Of a stretch of 64,000 nt of DNA, positions 8,512 through 16,485 are shown piece by piece. Position 1 is the stretch's first letter. Every line of letters begins with the position of its first letter. Origin of the DNA: an uncultured Flavobacteriaceae bacterium (GTDB taxonomy: Bacteria; Bacteroidota; Bacteroidia; Flavobacteriales; Weeksellaceae). The position numbers were made by a program, and so were the translations under genes. The notes beneath the pieces are model-generated. The model was not told where the DNA came from. It made no database searches and saw only the letters and a list, made by a program, of their open reading frames with translations. The stretch is from the NCBI GenBank assembly GCA_963518955.1, contig CAUQKI010000006.1, forward strand, positions 1,162-65,161, read 5' to 3'.

Positions 8512-9186
8512 ATGAACAGATACATTGCTTATTACCGAGTTTCTACCCAAAAGCAGGGAAATTCTGGATTAGGATTGGAAGCTCAAAAAACGATGGTAAA
8601 GCACCACCTGAAAACCGATGATATTTTGCTGGAAGAATACGAGGAAGTAGAAAGTGGCAAAAACAACAACCGCCCACAGCTCCAAAAAGCTATAGAACAT
8701 TGTAAAAATATGGGTGCGATATTACTTATCGCCAAATTGGATAGACTCAGCCGTAATGCTGGGTTTATCTTTTTATTGAAGGATAGCCAAGTGAATTTCA
8801 AGTGTTGTGATATGCCAGAGGCGAACTCCTTAACCATCGGAATAATGGCGGTTTTAGCACAAGAAGAAAGAGAATTAATAAGCAAAAGAACGATAGCTGC
8901 ATTGGAGGAATTGAGAAATAAAGGCAAAAAGTTAGGCAATCCGAAAAACCTCACCTATGAAGCTCAAAAACAAGGAGCTGAAGCAATGAAAAACAAGGCT
9001 CTTAACAACGAAAATAACCGCAAGGCTACAGCTCTGATTGTTTCCCTCCGAGAGACGGGAAAATCTTATGCTAAAATAGCTCAACAACTCAATGATAATG
9101 GTTTCAAAACCAGTAGAGGTTATAATTTTTCTGCCTCTCAAGTGCTGATACTTTATGATAGATATGTTAATTCTTTGGCAAAGTGA
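8512..9186 (+). CDS. Small serine recombinase (resolvase/invertase family)
   Basis: YYRVSTQKQ holds the catalytic Ser. LDRLSRN and the AQEERELISKRT E-helix are present, with a C-terminal HTH (KSYAKIAQQLNDNGFKT). Confidence 0.9.
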   Translation: MNRYIAYYRVSTQKQGNSGLGLEAQKTMVKHHLKTDDILLEEYEEVESGKNNNRPQLQKAIEHCKNMGAILLIAKLDRLSRNAGFIFLLKDSQVNFKCCDMPEANSLTIGIMAVLAQEERELISKRTIAALEELRNKGKKLGNPKNLTYEAQKQGAEAMKNKALNNENNRKATALIVSLRETGKSYAKIAQQLNDNGFKTSRGYNFSASQVLILYDRYVNSLAK

Positions 9187-9247
9187 ATTTTATCTCTTAT
9201 TTTTGTGCTTAATTTTATCGTAAATATTAAGCGTTAGCTTTTGAAGG

Positions 9248-9360
9248 TCATCAGAAATCGCCAATTTCAATAATAGCACCTATTCAAGAGTTAAGACGCT
9301 CACGCCATACGGCGTGGGCTGTCTTATTCTTGGTGCGTGGCTTTGGCGAGCCTCTGATGA
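9248..9360 (+). other. GC-rich nested imperfect palindrome: candidate structured RNA, compound terminator or recombination site
   Basis: Hand-paired helices: 9248-9255/9353-9360 (8 bp), 9258-9264/9343-9349 (7 bp), 9276-9279/9333-9336, 9285-9289/9328-9332, 9292-9297/9321-9326, and 9299-9306/9311-9318 capped by loop ATAC. Strand and function are unknown. Confidence 0.4.
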
Positions 9361-9460
9361 AAGAGTAAGTTCAGTCCCACGCTTTCTATTTTGAATCAAA
9401 TTCTAATTAAAATCAAGTTAAACCTCTCTTGGGACTGGGGAAATAAAATTATTTTCTATT

Positions 9461-10540
9461 ATGAAAAGAGAACACTTAGTGAAAGTGAAGTATGCTGCAG
9501 GGGGTATATTTATCTTTACAGCATTGGGACTTATTATGGAAGGCTCCATTATAGCAGGAGCTTTAGCGTTGGTATTAGGCTTATTTCTTTTGCCTCCTAT
9601 TTTTAAAAAGGTTGCAGAGAAATTACCAATTTTAGAAAGCAATAAATTCTTAAGATATGGAGTTTATGTTGTTTTATTTTTCTCAATGGCTGGATTTATG
9701 CCAAAAAAGCAGAAACCTAAAAATACAAATGCAGAGAAAAATGTAGTAGAGGAAAAACCACAACCTCAACAAGAAAAAATACCCGAGCCTACAATTTTTT
9801 ATAAAATTATTTATGAAGAATTTATTAGGGTAGATGGAGCCCCAAGTTATTTTGTTCTACTTGATAAAGTGGATATTTCTAATGAAAAGTTCATGCTTGA
9901 AATTAAAGGTGTAATCAACAAAATTACAACAGAAAAAGGGAAAAAAATAAATATTGAATTTTTAGATGATAAAAACCTACTTGATTTGATGCATAAAAGC
10001 CATTATGGAGCAAATACTTTAGGAAGAGCATTGACAGCAAAAGAAAGAGAAAAATTGGCAAGACATAATATTGCTTCTTTTAGTGGAGAATTAGCTAATA
10101 TGCCATATACTAATACCTTGTCGTTTTTCCCTTCTGCTTTCGCGGACACTCCAGAGATTGGTAAATATGTAAAATCAGAAGAATTTAATCCAAATAAGAT
10201 TACATACACAATCCAAAATGAAAAAACTACTAAAAAAGAGGAAATAACCCAAAATACGGAGAAAAAGGATAAAGAAAAAGAATTAGCATATAAAAGAGAA
10301 AAATTTTTGAAAGATTGCTTTACAAATGGTACCCACACCAAGTTAAGAATTTATATCAGAACTATTAAGGCTGATGGAGTAAAATATGAACATATTGATA
10401 CATCTACTGATATGAAAGAAGACTATGCAATTGTAACTACTCATTTCAGTTTAACCAATAAGCTTGGGGTAAGAAATGATTACAAGCTAAAAGCCAAAGT
10501 AAGTTATGATAATTGCGAAGTCATAGAAATATTAAAATAA
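9461..10540 (+). CDS. Membrane-anchored hypothetical protein
   Basis: 359 aa. N-terminal hydrophobic helices, then a K/E/P/Q-rich linker and two soluble regions. The C-terminal ~80 aa resemble a common small lipoprotein-type domain (GTHTKL...YEHIDT...). Confidence 0.55.
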   Translation: MKREHLVKVKYAAGGIFIFTALGLIMEGSIIAGALALVLGLFLLPPIFKKVAEKLPILESNKFLRYGVYVVLFFSMAGFMPKKQKPKNTNAEKNVVEEKPQPQQEKIPEPTIFYKIIYEEFIRVDGAPSYFVLLDKVDISNEKFMLEIKGVINKITTEKGKKINIEFLDDKNLLDLMHKSHYGANTLGRALTAKEREKLARHNIASFSGELANMPYTNTLSFFPSAFADTPEIGKYVKSEEFNPNKITYTIQNEKTTKKEEITQNTEKKDKEKELAYKREKFLKDCFTNGTHTKLRIYIRTIKADGVKYEHIDTSTDMKEDYAIVTTHFSLTNKLGVRNDYKLKAKVSYDNCEVIEILK

Positions 10541-10545
10541 AATAT

Positions 10546-10573
10546 AATCCTCCTAACTATTAGGAGGATTTTT
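10546..10573 (+). terminator. Rho-independent terminator
   Basis: AATCCTCCTAA-CTA-TTAGGAGGATT followed by TTT. Confidence 0.6.
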
Positions 10574-10722
10574 CATATACAAAAAATTATTTTAATAAAA
10601 AATATTGGCATTAAATCAAATTTTTAATTTTTATGATAAAGTCTTTATTTTAGTCATAAAAATTATACAATGATAGACATAGATTATTTATATATTTGTT
10701 ACCATATTCCAAATTAAAAATT

Positions 10723-12441
10723 ATGTACCTATCAAATATAAAACTTTGGAACTTCCGAAAGTATGGAAGTGATACTTTTGATATAGATAAGCCTAATTTA
10801 GACCTAAATTTCACAAAAGGGCTTAATGTGCTTATTGGAGAAAACGATTCAGGAAAAACAGCTATTATTGATGCTATAAAAATAGTATTAAAGACCCATA
10901 GCTATGAGTATATCAAAATTGAAGCAGACGATTTCTATAACAACTCAGATAGACTTAGGATAGAATTAAAGTTTAAAGAACTCTTGGATGAAGAAGCTAA
11001 GAATTTTACAGAATGGCTTACTTGGGAAGGACAAGGAGAAAATTCAACTCCTATTCTGAGAGTTTTTTATGATGTAAGAAGAAAAGATTATAAAATACTT
11101 CCTTCAGAAGTAAAAGCAGGTGCGGACACAGAAGGATATTCATTAACAGCTGAAGCGCGGGAATATCTAAAAGCTACTTATTTAAGACCTTTGCGAGATG
11201 CTGAGAATGAATTAATCTCAAAAAGAAACTCACGGCTTTCTCAAATATTATTGGGAGATGACATTTTCAAGGAGAAAGATATACCTCATCCTCTTGTTGA
11301 AGAATTTAAAAATATTAATAGTTCTATAGAGGATTACTTTAAAGAGGATAAAGAAGGAGCTGATATAAAGAAAAAAATAGATTCTTATATTAAAGGGTTT
11401 TATGGTGAAGAAAAGGAATCACTATTTGAAGCGTCAAAAAATGATATAAAAAGTATTCTTGAAAAATTAAGTTTGTCTTTAAATGGTCAAAAGAATGTTG
11501 GCTTAGGAACTTTGAATAGGCTATTTATGGCTGCTGAATTGCTTCATTTGAATAAAGAAAATTGGGAAGGATTGAGATTAGGTTTAATAGAAGAATTGGA
11601 AGCACATCTTCATCCTCAAGCTCAAATGCAAGTGATAGAAACTTTGCAAAAACAGGATGAGGTACAACTTATTATTACTACACATAGTCCAAATTTAGCA
11701 TCAAAAATCAAACTTAAGAATCTTATTATTTGTAATGGAGATAATGCTTTTCCTATGGGGAAAGACTATACAGAATTAAAGGAGGATAGTTATGTGTTTT
11801 TAGAAAAATTTCTTGATGTAACCAAGTCTAATTTGTTTTTTGCAAAGGGAGTTATCTTAGTAGAAGGCTGGGCTGAAGAAATTTTAATTCCAAGTTTAGC
11901 TAAGGCTATTGGAATTGATTTAACAGCAAAGGGAGTTTCTGTTGTTAATATTGGTAATGTAGGGTTTGACCATTATTCTAAAATATTTCTGAGAAAAGAT
12001 GGATGTTCTCCTATGAAAATTCCTGTAGCTGTAGTAACAGATTGTGATGTAAAAGAGTATAAAAAGGAAGGAAGTGAATATCAAAGAAGGAATGATATAG
12101 ATAGTGAAAGAGAAAACAAAATAAGAGAAATAGAATCAAAATCTTCTCAAAATGTAAATTATTTTGTTGCTCCTCATTGGACATTAGAGTATAGTTTATT
12201 CTTATCTCAAAGTCTAACAGATAAATTTCAAGAAATTATAAAATCAATTCATTCTGGAACAAATTGGGATAGTGATTTTGAAAAAGAACTTGCTAAAAAA
12301 TTAATCAATAAAAGTTTAGAAAAAACTAAAATTGCATATCAATTAGCAACTCATCTTGATTCTTTAAGAGACCTTGATATTTCAGCAGAAGATAATATTA
12401 ATTACCTAAAAAAAGCTATTGAATATGCAGCAAGCAATTGA
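10723..12441 (+). CDS. gajA: OLD-family ATP-dependent endonuclease (ABC-type ATPase + Toprim), GajA-like
   Basis: Walker A GENDSGKTAIIDAI, a LIEELEAHLHPQAQ segment, and Toprim-like VILVEGWAEEILIP and VAVVTDCD. Start moved to ATG 10723 (MYLSNIKLWNFRKYG). Confidence 0.8.
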   Translation: MYLSNIKLWNFRKYGSDTFDIDKPNLDLNFTKGLNVLIGENDSGKTAIIDAIKIVLKTHSYEYIKIEADDFYNNSDRLRIELKFKELLDEEAKNFTEWLTWEGQGENSTPILRVFYDVRRKDYKILPSEVKAGADTEGYSLTAEAREYLKATYLRPLRDAENELISKRNSRLSQILLGDDIFKEKDIPHPLVEEFKNINSSIEDYFKEDKEGADIKKKIDSYIKGFYGEEKESLFEASKNDIKSILEKLSLSLNGQKNVGLGTLNRLFMAAELLHLNKENWEGLRLGLIEELEAHLHPQAQMQVIETLQKQDEVQLIITTHSPNLASKIKLKNLIICNGDNAFPMGKDYTELKEDSYVFLEKFLDVTKSNLFFAKGVILVEGWAEEILIPSLAKAIGIDLTAKGVSVVNIGNVGFDHYSKIFLRKDGCSPMKIPVAVVTDCDVKEYKKEGSEYQRRNDIDSERENKIREIESKSSQNVNYFVAPHWTLEYSLFLSQSLTDKFQEIIKSIHSGTNWDSDFEKELAKKLINKSLEKTKIAYQLATHLDSLRDLDISAEDNINYLKKAIEYAASN

Positions 12442-14446
12442 CATTACAGAGAGTGATATAGAGTATGCCGAAAAAATACTTTTGGCAGAAGGACAAAACT
12501 TTGATGATGAAAGAAGAGCTTTTATCAAAAATCTTGAAGTGATTGATTTACAAGCAGTACCTGGCAGTGGAAAAACTACAGCCTTGTTAGCTAAATTATT
12601 AATTTTAGAGCGTAAATTACCTTTCGCTGATAACTCAGGTATTTTAGTTTTATCTCATACTAATACAGCTATTGATGAAATAAAACATAAGATAAAATTA
12701 TATTGTCCTAAGTTATTTAGATACCCTAATTTTATTGGTACAATTCAAAGTTTTGTTGATGAGTTCTTAGCTATTCCATATTATACAACAATTTGTAAGA
12801 AGAAACCTATTAGGATTGATAATGAACTTTATCAAGAAAAGGTGGCAAAAATATTAGAGTATCCTTATAATTATAAATTTAAACTTTCTGCAAATTATTT
12901 TACAAAAATTCTTCATATAAAGAATAGTAACCCTAATATATTTTATGATGTTAGACTTGATATAAAAGATAGCAACCCTATATTAGTAAATAGATTAAAT
13001 GGAGAAGAGTTTAGTGTTAAAAAACCAATAGGAAAAACTAAGCTTGAAAATTATCAAGACTATACAAATGAAGAAAAAGAAAAATTATATCAATGGTTCT
13101 TCTCTTTCAAACAAAATATCTTAGAAGGAGGCATATTACATTTTGATGATGCTTATTATTTGGCTAATAGATATTTACAAAAATATCCTCAGATTAAGAA
13201 CATTATCCAACAACGTTTTTCGTATGTCTTTGTAGATGAAATGCAAGATATGGAGACACATCAATATGATTTATTGGAGAAGCTATTTTATGATGATGGA
13301 AATAGCACATCAATATTCCAAAGAATAGGAGATAAAAATCAAGCAATTTTCAATAATATAGAAAGTAAAGAGGTTAATTGGATTGATAGGGAGAATAATT
13401 TAACTTTAACGAATAGCCATCGTTTAAGCTCTAAAATAGCAAATGTAGTAAAAAGTTTTGCTCTGAATAATTCTAATATTATTGGATCAAATGAATGTGA
13501 TATTAAGCCTCATATTATTCTTTTTGATGATACTTCAAAAGAAAAAGTTATCTCTAAATTTGCGGAACTTGTAAAAGGGTTCAAAGAAGAAAGTAGATTG
13601 ATTGACTATAGAAAATATCCAATAAAAGCAATATGTTGGAATGCCAAATGGAAGAGTGAAACAGAATTAAGGATAACAAATTATTTTCCTACCTATAAAA
13701 AAGATAATACTAAAAGTAAACAGGATTATGATACTTTAAAGAGCTATTTGTTATTTTATGACAGAAACTCAAAAACATTAAAATCAATCAAAAATAATAT
13801 TATCAATGCTTTTTTAAAAGTATTGCGTTTTGAAAACATACTTGATGATAATGAAAGATATTTTACAAAATACATTTTGTTTAAAACCTTAAAAGAGAAA
13901 TTTTTTGACAAATATCAGGAGTTTAATTTGAAGTTATATCATTGGTCTATGCTTATTTTAAAAGGGAAACTTGATGAGGCTTATGATGAAATTAAGTCCT
14001 ATATGAATGACTTTATCAAGATATTTGACGAAACTAAAAATCTTACTATAAGTTCAAGTTTTTTCAATCAAGAAAGTCAAACATTACAAGTTCCTGATAA
14101 TATAGAAGAGCTAAAAGAAAACAATTTATATACAGAAGGAGATATAAATATTGAAGTAGCAACTGTACACTCTGTGAAAGGGCAAACTCATTGCGCTACA
14201 TTATACTTAGAATCTTTTTATTATAATGATGGAGGCAAGTCCTATGAATCTCAAAGATTAGCAGATGCTTTTTTAGGAAATTATATAACTAATCGAGGAA
14301 TAAGAATTCAGCAGTCGCTAAAAATGACTTATGTAGGTTTTTCTCGCCCAACTAATCTATTATGTGTAGCAATTCATAAAGATAGATTCATTCAATGTCT
14401 ATCTGAAATAAATGAAGATATTTGGGAGATTGTAGATTGTGGTTAA
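12425..14446 (+). CDS. gajB: UvrD/PcrA-like SF1 helicase, GajB-like
   Basis: Walker A VPGSGKTTAL, motif II FVDEMQD, and late helicase motifs TVHSVKGQT and YVGFSRPTNLL. Its ATG overlaps the end of the nuclease gene by 17 nt. Confidence 0.8.
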   Translation: MQQAIDITESDIEYAEKILLAEGQNFDDERRAFIKNLEVIDLQAVPGSGKTTALLAKLLILERKLPFADNSGILVLSHTNTAIDEIKHKIKLYCPKLFRYPNFIGTIQSFVDEFLAIPYYTTICKKKPIRIDNELYQEKVAKILEYPYNYKFKLSANYFTKILHIKNSNPNIFYDVRLDIKDSNPILVNRLNGEEFSVKKPIGKTKLENYQDYTNEEKEKLYQWFFSFKQNILEGGILHFDDAYYLANRYLQKYPQIKNIIQQRFSYVFVDEMQDMETHQYDLLEKLFYDDGNSTSIFQRIGDKNQAIFNNIESKEVNWIDRENNLTLTNSHRLSSKIANVVKSFALNNSNIIGSNECDIKPHIILFDDTSKEKVISKFAELVKGFKEESRLIDYRKYPIKAICWNAKWKSETELRITNYFPTYKKDNTKSKQDYDTLKSYLLFYDRNSKTLKSIKNNIINAFLKVLRFENILDDNERYFTKYILFKTLKEKFFDKYQEFNLKLYHWSMLILKGKLDEAYDEIKSYMNDFIKIFDETKNLTISSSFFNQESQTLQVPDNIEELKENNLYTEGDINIEVATVHSVKGQTHCATLYLESFYYNDGGKSYESQRLADAFLGNYITNRGIRIQQSLKMTYVGFSRPTNLLCVAIHKDRFIQCLSEINEDIWEIVDCG

Positions 14447-14567
14447 AAAGTTTGTTAGATTTATTAATAATTTTATGTAAAAGTCAGTCAAAAATTCGAA
14501 TATTGTGAAAATTCATAGTATTTTTGACATGTTTTAAAAAATAAAGTATATAAATATTAACAGAAAA

Positions 14568-14593
14568 AGAAACCGCCCATTTTGGGTGGTTTT
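14568..14593 (+). terminator. Possible terminator downstream of the helicase gene
   Basis: AACCGCCCA-TTT-TGGGTGGTT hairpin with only a short T-tail. Confidence 0.4.
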
Positions 14594-14612
14594 AATCTAA
14601 AAATATTAAGAT

Positions 14613-14864
14613 ATGGAAATAGAAATTAGTAAAAAAGTGGCTTATAAAAAGCAGTTAGAAGATATTATTGTAGATGTATCTTGGGGCAAGATTTCCAAAA
14701 AATATTTTGGTAAATCAACATCATGGATATATAATAAACTTTCTGAAATAGATGGAAACGGAGGAAAAGGTGGATTTACTCCAGAGGAAAGTGAGCAGTT
14801 TAAGGGCGCATTATACGACCTTGCTGAAAGATTGAGAAAAGCAGCTGATAATTTTCAAGCATAA
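14613..14864 (+). CDS. Small DUF5053-like protein
   Basis: 83 aa. The FGKSTSWIYNKL...GFTPEESEQFKGALYDLAERL pattern matches what I recall for DUF5053 proteins of Bacteroidota mobile elements. Confidence 0.45.
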   Translation: MEIEISKKVAYKKQLEDIIVDVSWGKISKKYFGKSTSWIYNKLSEIDGNGGKGGFTPEESEQFKGALYDLAERLRKAADNFQA

Positions 14865-14903
14865 AGTACAAATTTCATGGAAATTTGCTTTTTTTTAACA
14901 CCC

Positions 14904-14930
14904 GCCCTGCATTTGCAGGGCTTTTTTATT
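14904..14930 (+). terminator. Rho-independent terminator
   Basis: GCCCTGCA-TT-TGCAGGGC followed by TTTTTTATT. Confidence 0.65.
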
Positions 14931-14977
14931 ATAACTTATTGATTATTAGTAAGTTTTGTTTAAGAATGTTATAGTTT

Positions 14978-15358
14978 TTAATGTTGCCAACATCTTCCTC
15001 CTCCAGAAACTCTTCTTGAACAAGTGCCACCTTTTTTAGTTAATGCTCCACAGATGCCTGATGAATAAGAATGTCTATAACTACTACTTGAATTATAAGA
15101 AGCTCTTTTTTTAGAATTTGTTGTTTTAAATTTAACAATAGATAAATTTTTATTAGAAGTTTTAGTGGTCTTATTTCCTTTGTAGGAGTTATATTTTACA
15201 GTTTTATGGTTTTTGACTGTAGGTTTGTAATTCCTTTCTCTGTATTCTAAAGTACGATAGTTTTCTGCAACTATAGTGTCTTCTTTATTATCTTCTTTTT
15301 TCTGTGAGTACGCTAAAAACAACATACATGAAAATAAAATTGATAAAGTCTTTTTCAT
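14978..15358 (-). CDS. Small secreted basic protein with a C-terminal Cys/His motif
   Basis: Signal peptide MKKTLSILFSCMLFLAYSQ. K/N/S/T-rich body. C-terminus CGALTKKGGTCSRRVSGGGRCWQH (CCCH spacing). Confidence 0.5.
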   Translation of the reverse strand: MKKTLSILFSCMLFLAYSQKKEDNKEDTIVAENYRTLEYRERNYKPTVKNHKTVKYNSYKGNKTTKTSNKNLSIVKFKTTNSKKRASYNSSSSYRHSYSSGICGALTKKGGTCSRRVSGGGRCWQH

Positions 15359-15731
15359 AGCTTTTAATTTGAATTATTTATAAATATTTTTGTTTTTACT
15401 TCTACTTATATTTTTTTATTGGAAGGACCAAGATAATGAATAATTTACTATTTTTTACTAAAAAATCAGAAGTTTATTCCTATAGATTTTTATTAAATTA
15501 CTCTATTTCAGCATCTGTGAGTTGTTCCCACTCGCCATACTTTATAAGCCAAATTATTTTCTTTCATATAAGCCCACCCCCTTACAATAACATCCAAAAA
15601 TCTTATACCTAGTTAAACTCCAATATTACATATGCTTACCCTGCATTCCTAACACAAATAAATTCTTTACCCAAAGTAAAAGAAATCGCATACCTTGCTT
15701 CCAATAAATTACAACTTAAGTCAAACTCATG

Positions 15732-16094
15732 TTATTTAATTCTTTCTCCCTTGAAAAAAAGATAAATGATAATCATTCCTGTACTGGTTATACTCACAAA
15801 TAGATAAAGAACTTTCTCATCTATTTTTTCAACAAAAATTGAGTAAAATACTACATAAAACAATCCTAAAAAACCAACTATTAAACTCAATCCACCTATT
15901 TTATAGATAACACTTGAAAATCTGATTTTACTAAAAAGCATTCCCAAAATAGGGATAGAAACACTATATAAAATTACAAACCCAAACTCAGAAATTAGTG
16001 CATAAGAAAAAACTAAAACCCCTAAAACTGCATTCACTCCACAAACAGCAAGGAAGATAAGAAGCATCAATAACAAAGATTGCATATTTTTCAT
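15732..16094 (-). CDS. Small multi-pass membrane protein (hypothetical)
   Basis: 120 aa, almost entirely hydrophobic helices. Confidence 0.5.
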   Translation of the reverse strand: MKNMQSLLLMLLIFLAVCGVNAVLGVLVFSYALISEFGFVILYSVSIPILGMLFSKIRFSSVIYKIGGLSLIVGFLGLFYVVFYSIFVEKIDEKVLYLFVSITSTGMIIIYLFFKGERIK

Positions 16095-16201
16095 ACTTCT
16101 AAATTAAGAAATTATTTTCTATTTTATGAAACAAATTGCTTTATACTCAATAATATATCAAAAAACACTTTCAAATTTTCTTTGAAAGTGTTTTATAAAG
16201 T

Positions 16202-16275
16202 GTGGCCCCACTTGGGCTCGAACCAAGGACTTGCTGATTATGAGTCAGCTACTCTAACCAACTGAGTTATAGGGC
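16202..16275 (-). tRNA. tRNA with anticodon CAT (elongator Met or lysidine-modified Ile2)
   Basis: Minus-strand cloverleaf: GGCCCTA/TGGGGCC acceptor, ACTC/GAGT D stem, GCTGA-CTCATAA-TCAGC anticodon arm, CTTGG-TTCGAGC-CCAAG T arm, discriminator A. Confidence 0.9.
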
Positions 16276-16485
16276 CAAAGGATATTATCCTTAACAATTG
16301 GTTTGCAAATATAAATAAAAATCGTAGAACAGCAAAACAAAATCTGCATTTTTATTTCAAAAAATTTATAAAATACTGTTAATCAACAATTATATTATGA
16401 ATTAAAATTGAAAATTATCATTTTTATTACAATACAAGCCAAAAATCATTAAAAATGCAATCTTTTTATTATATTTGTCTCAAAT

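Larger units (their letters stand above)
2583..15731. mobile_element. tRNA-bracketed genomic island / degenerate integrative element carrying defence modules (boundaries approximate)
   Basis: The 3-prime ends of both flanking tRNAs (2582 and 16202) face this segment. It holds an integrase remnant, a serine recombinase, AbiE and an OLD+UvrD pair, with no housekeeping genes, and looks more AT-rich by eye than the flanks. No att direct repeats were found by eye. Confidence 0.6.

Noticed and set aside
8349-8621. 90-aa ORF bridging the HTH gene and the serine recombinase
   Set aside because: It is out of frame with two better-supported genes and overlaps both. Its sequence has no recognisable features.
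9248-9360. The palindromic element as a retron msr/msd, or as an invertible promoter switch for the adjacent serine recombinase
   Set aside because: No reverse transcriptase gene occurs anywhere in the window. The arms form one nearly continuous palindrome with a 4-nt centre, so no invertible segment lies between the repeats.
10696-10722. TTG-initiated 9-codon extension of the OLD-nuclease ORF
   Set aside because: The ATG at 10723 gives the canonical MYLSNIKLWNFRKYG N-terminus of OLD/AAA15-type ATPases. The extension has no support.
14865-15731. Searched by eye for an attR-like copy of the tRNA-Arg or tRNA-CAT 3-prime end
   Set aside because: I found no convincing match of 12 nt or more, so no att site is called. 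A short-word computational alignment is needed before the absence can be trusted.
16080-16265. 61-aa plus-strand ORF
   Set aside because: It overlaps the minus-strand tRNA (16202-16275) and the start of the membrane-protein gene. It is an artefact of the AT-rich sequence.
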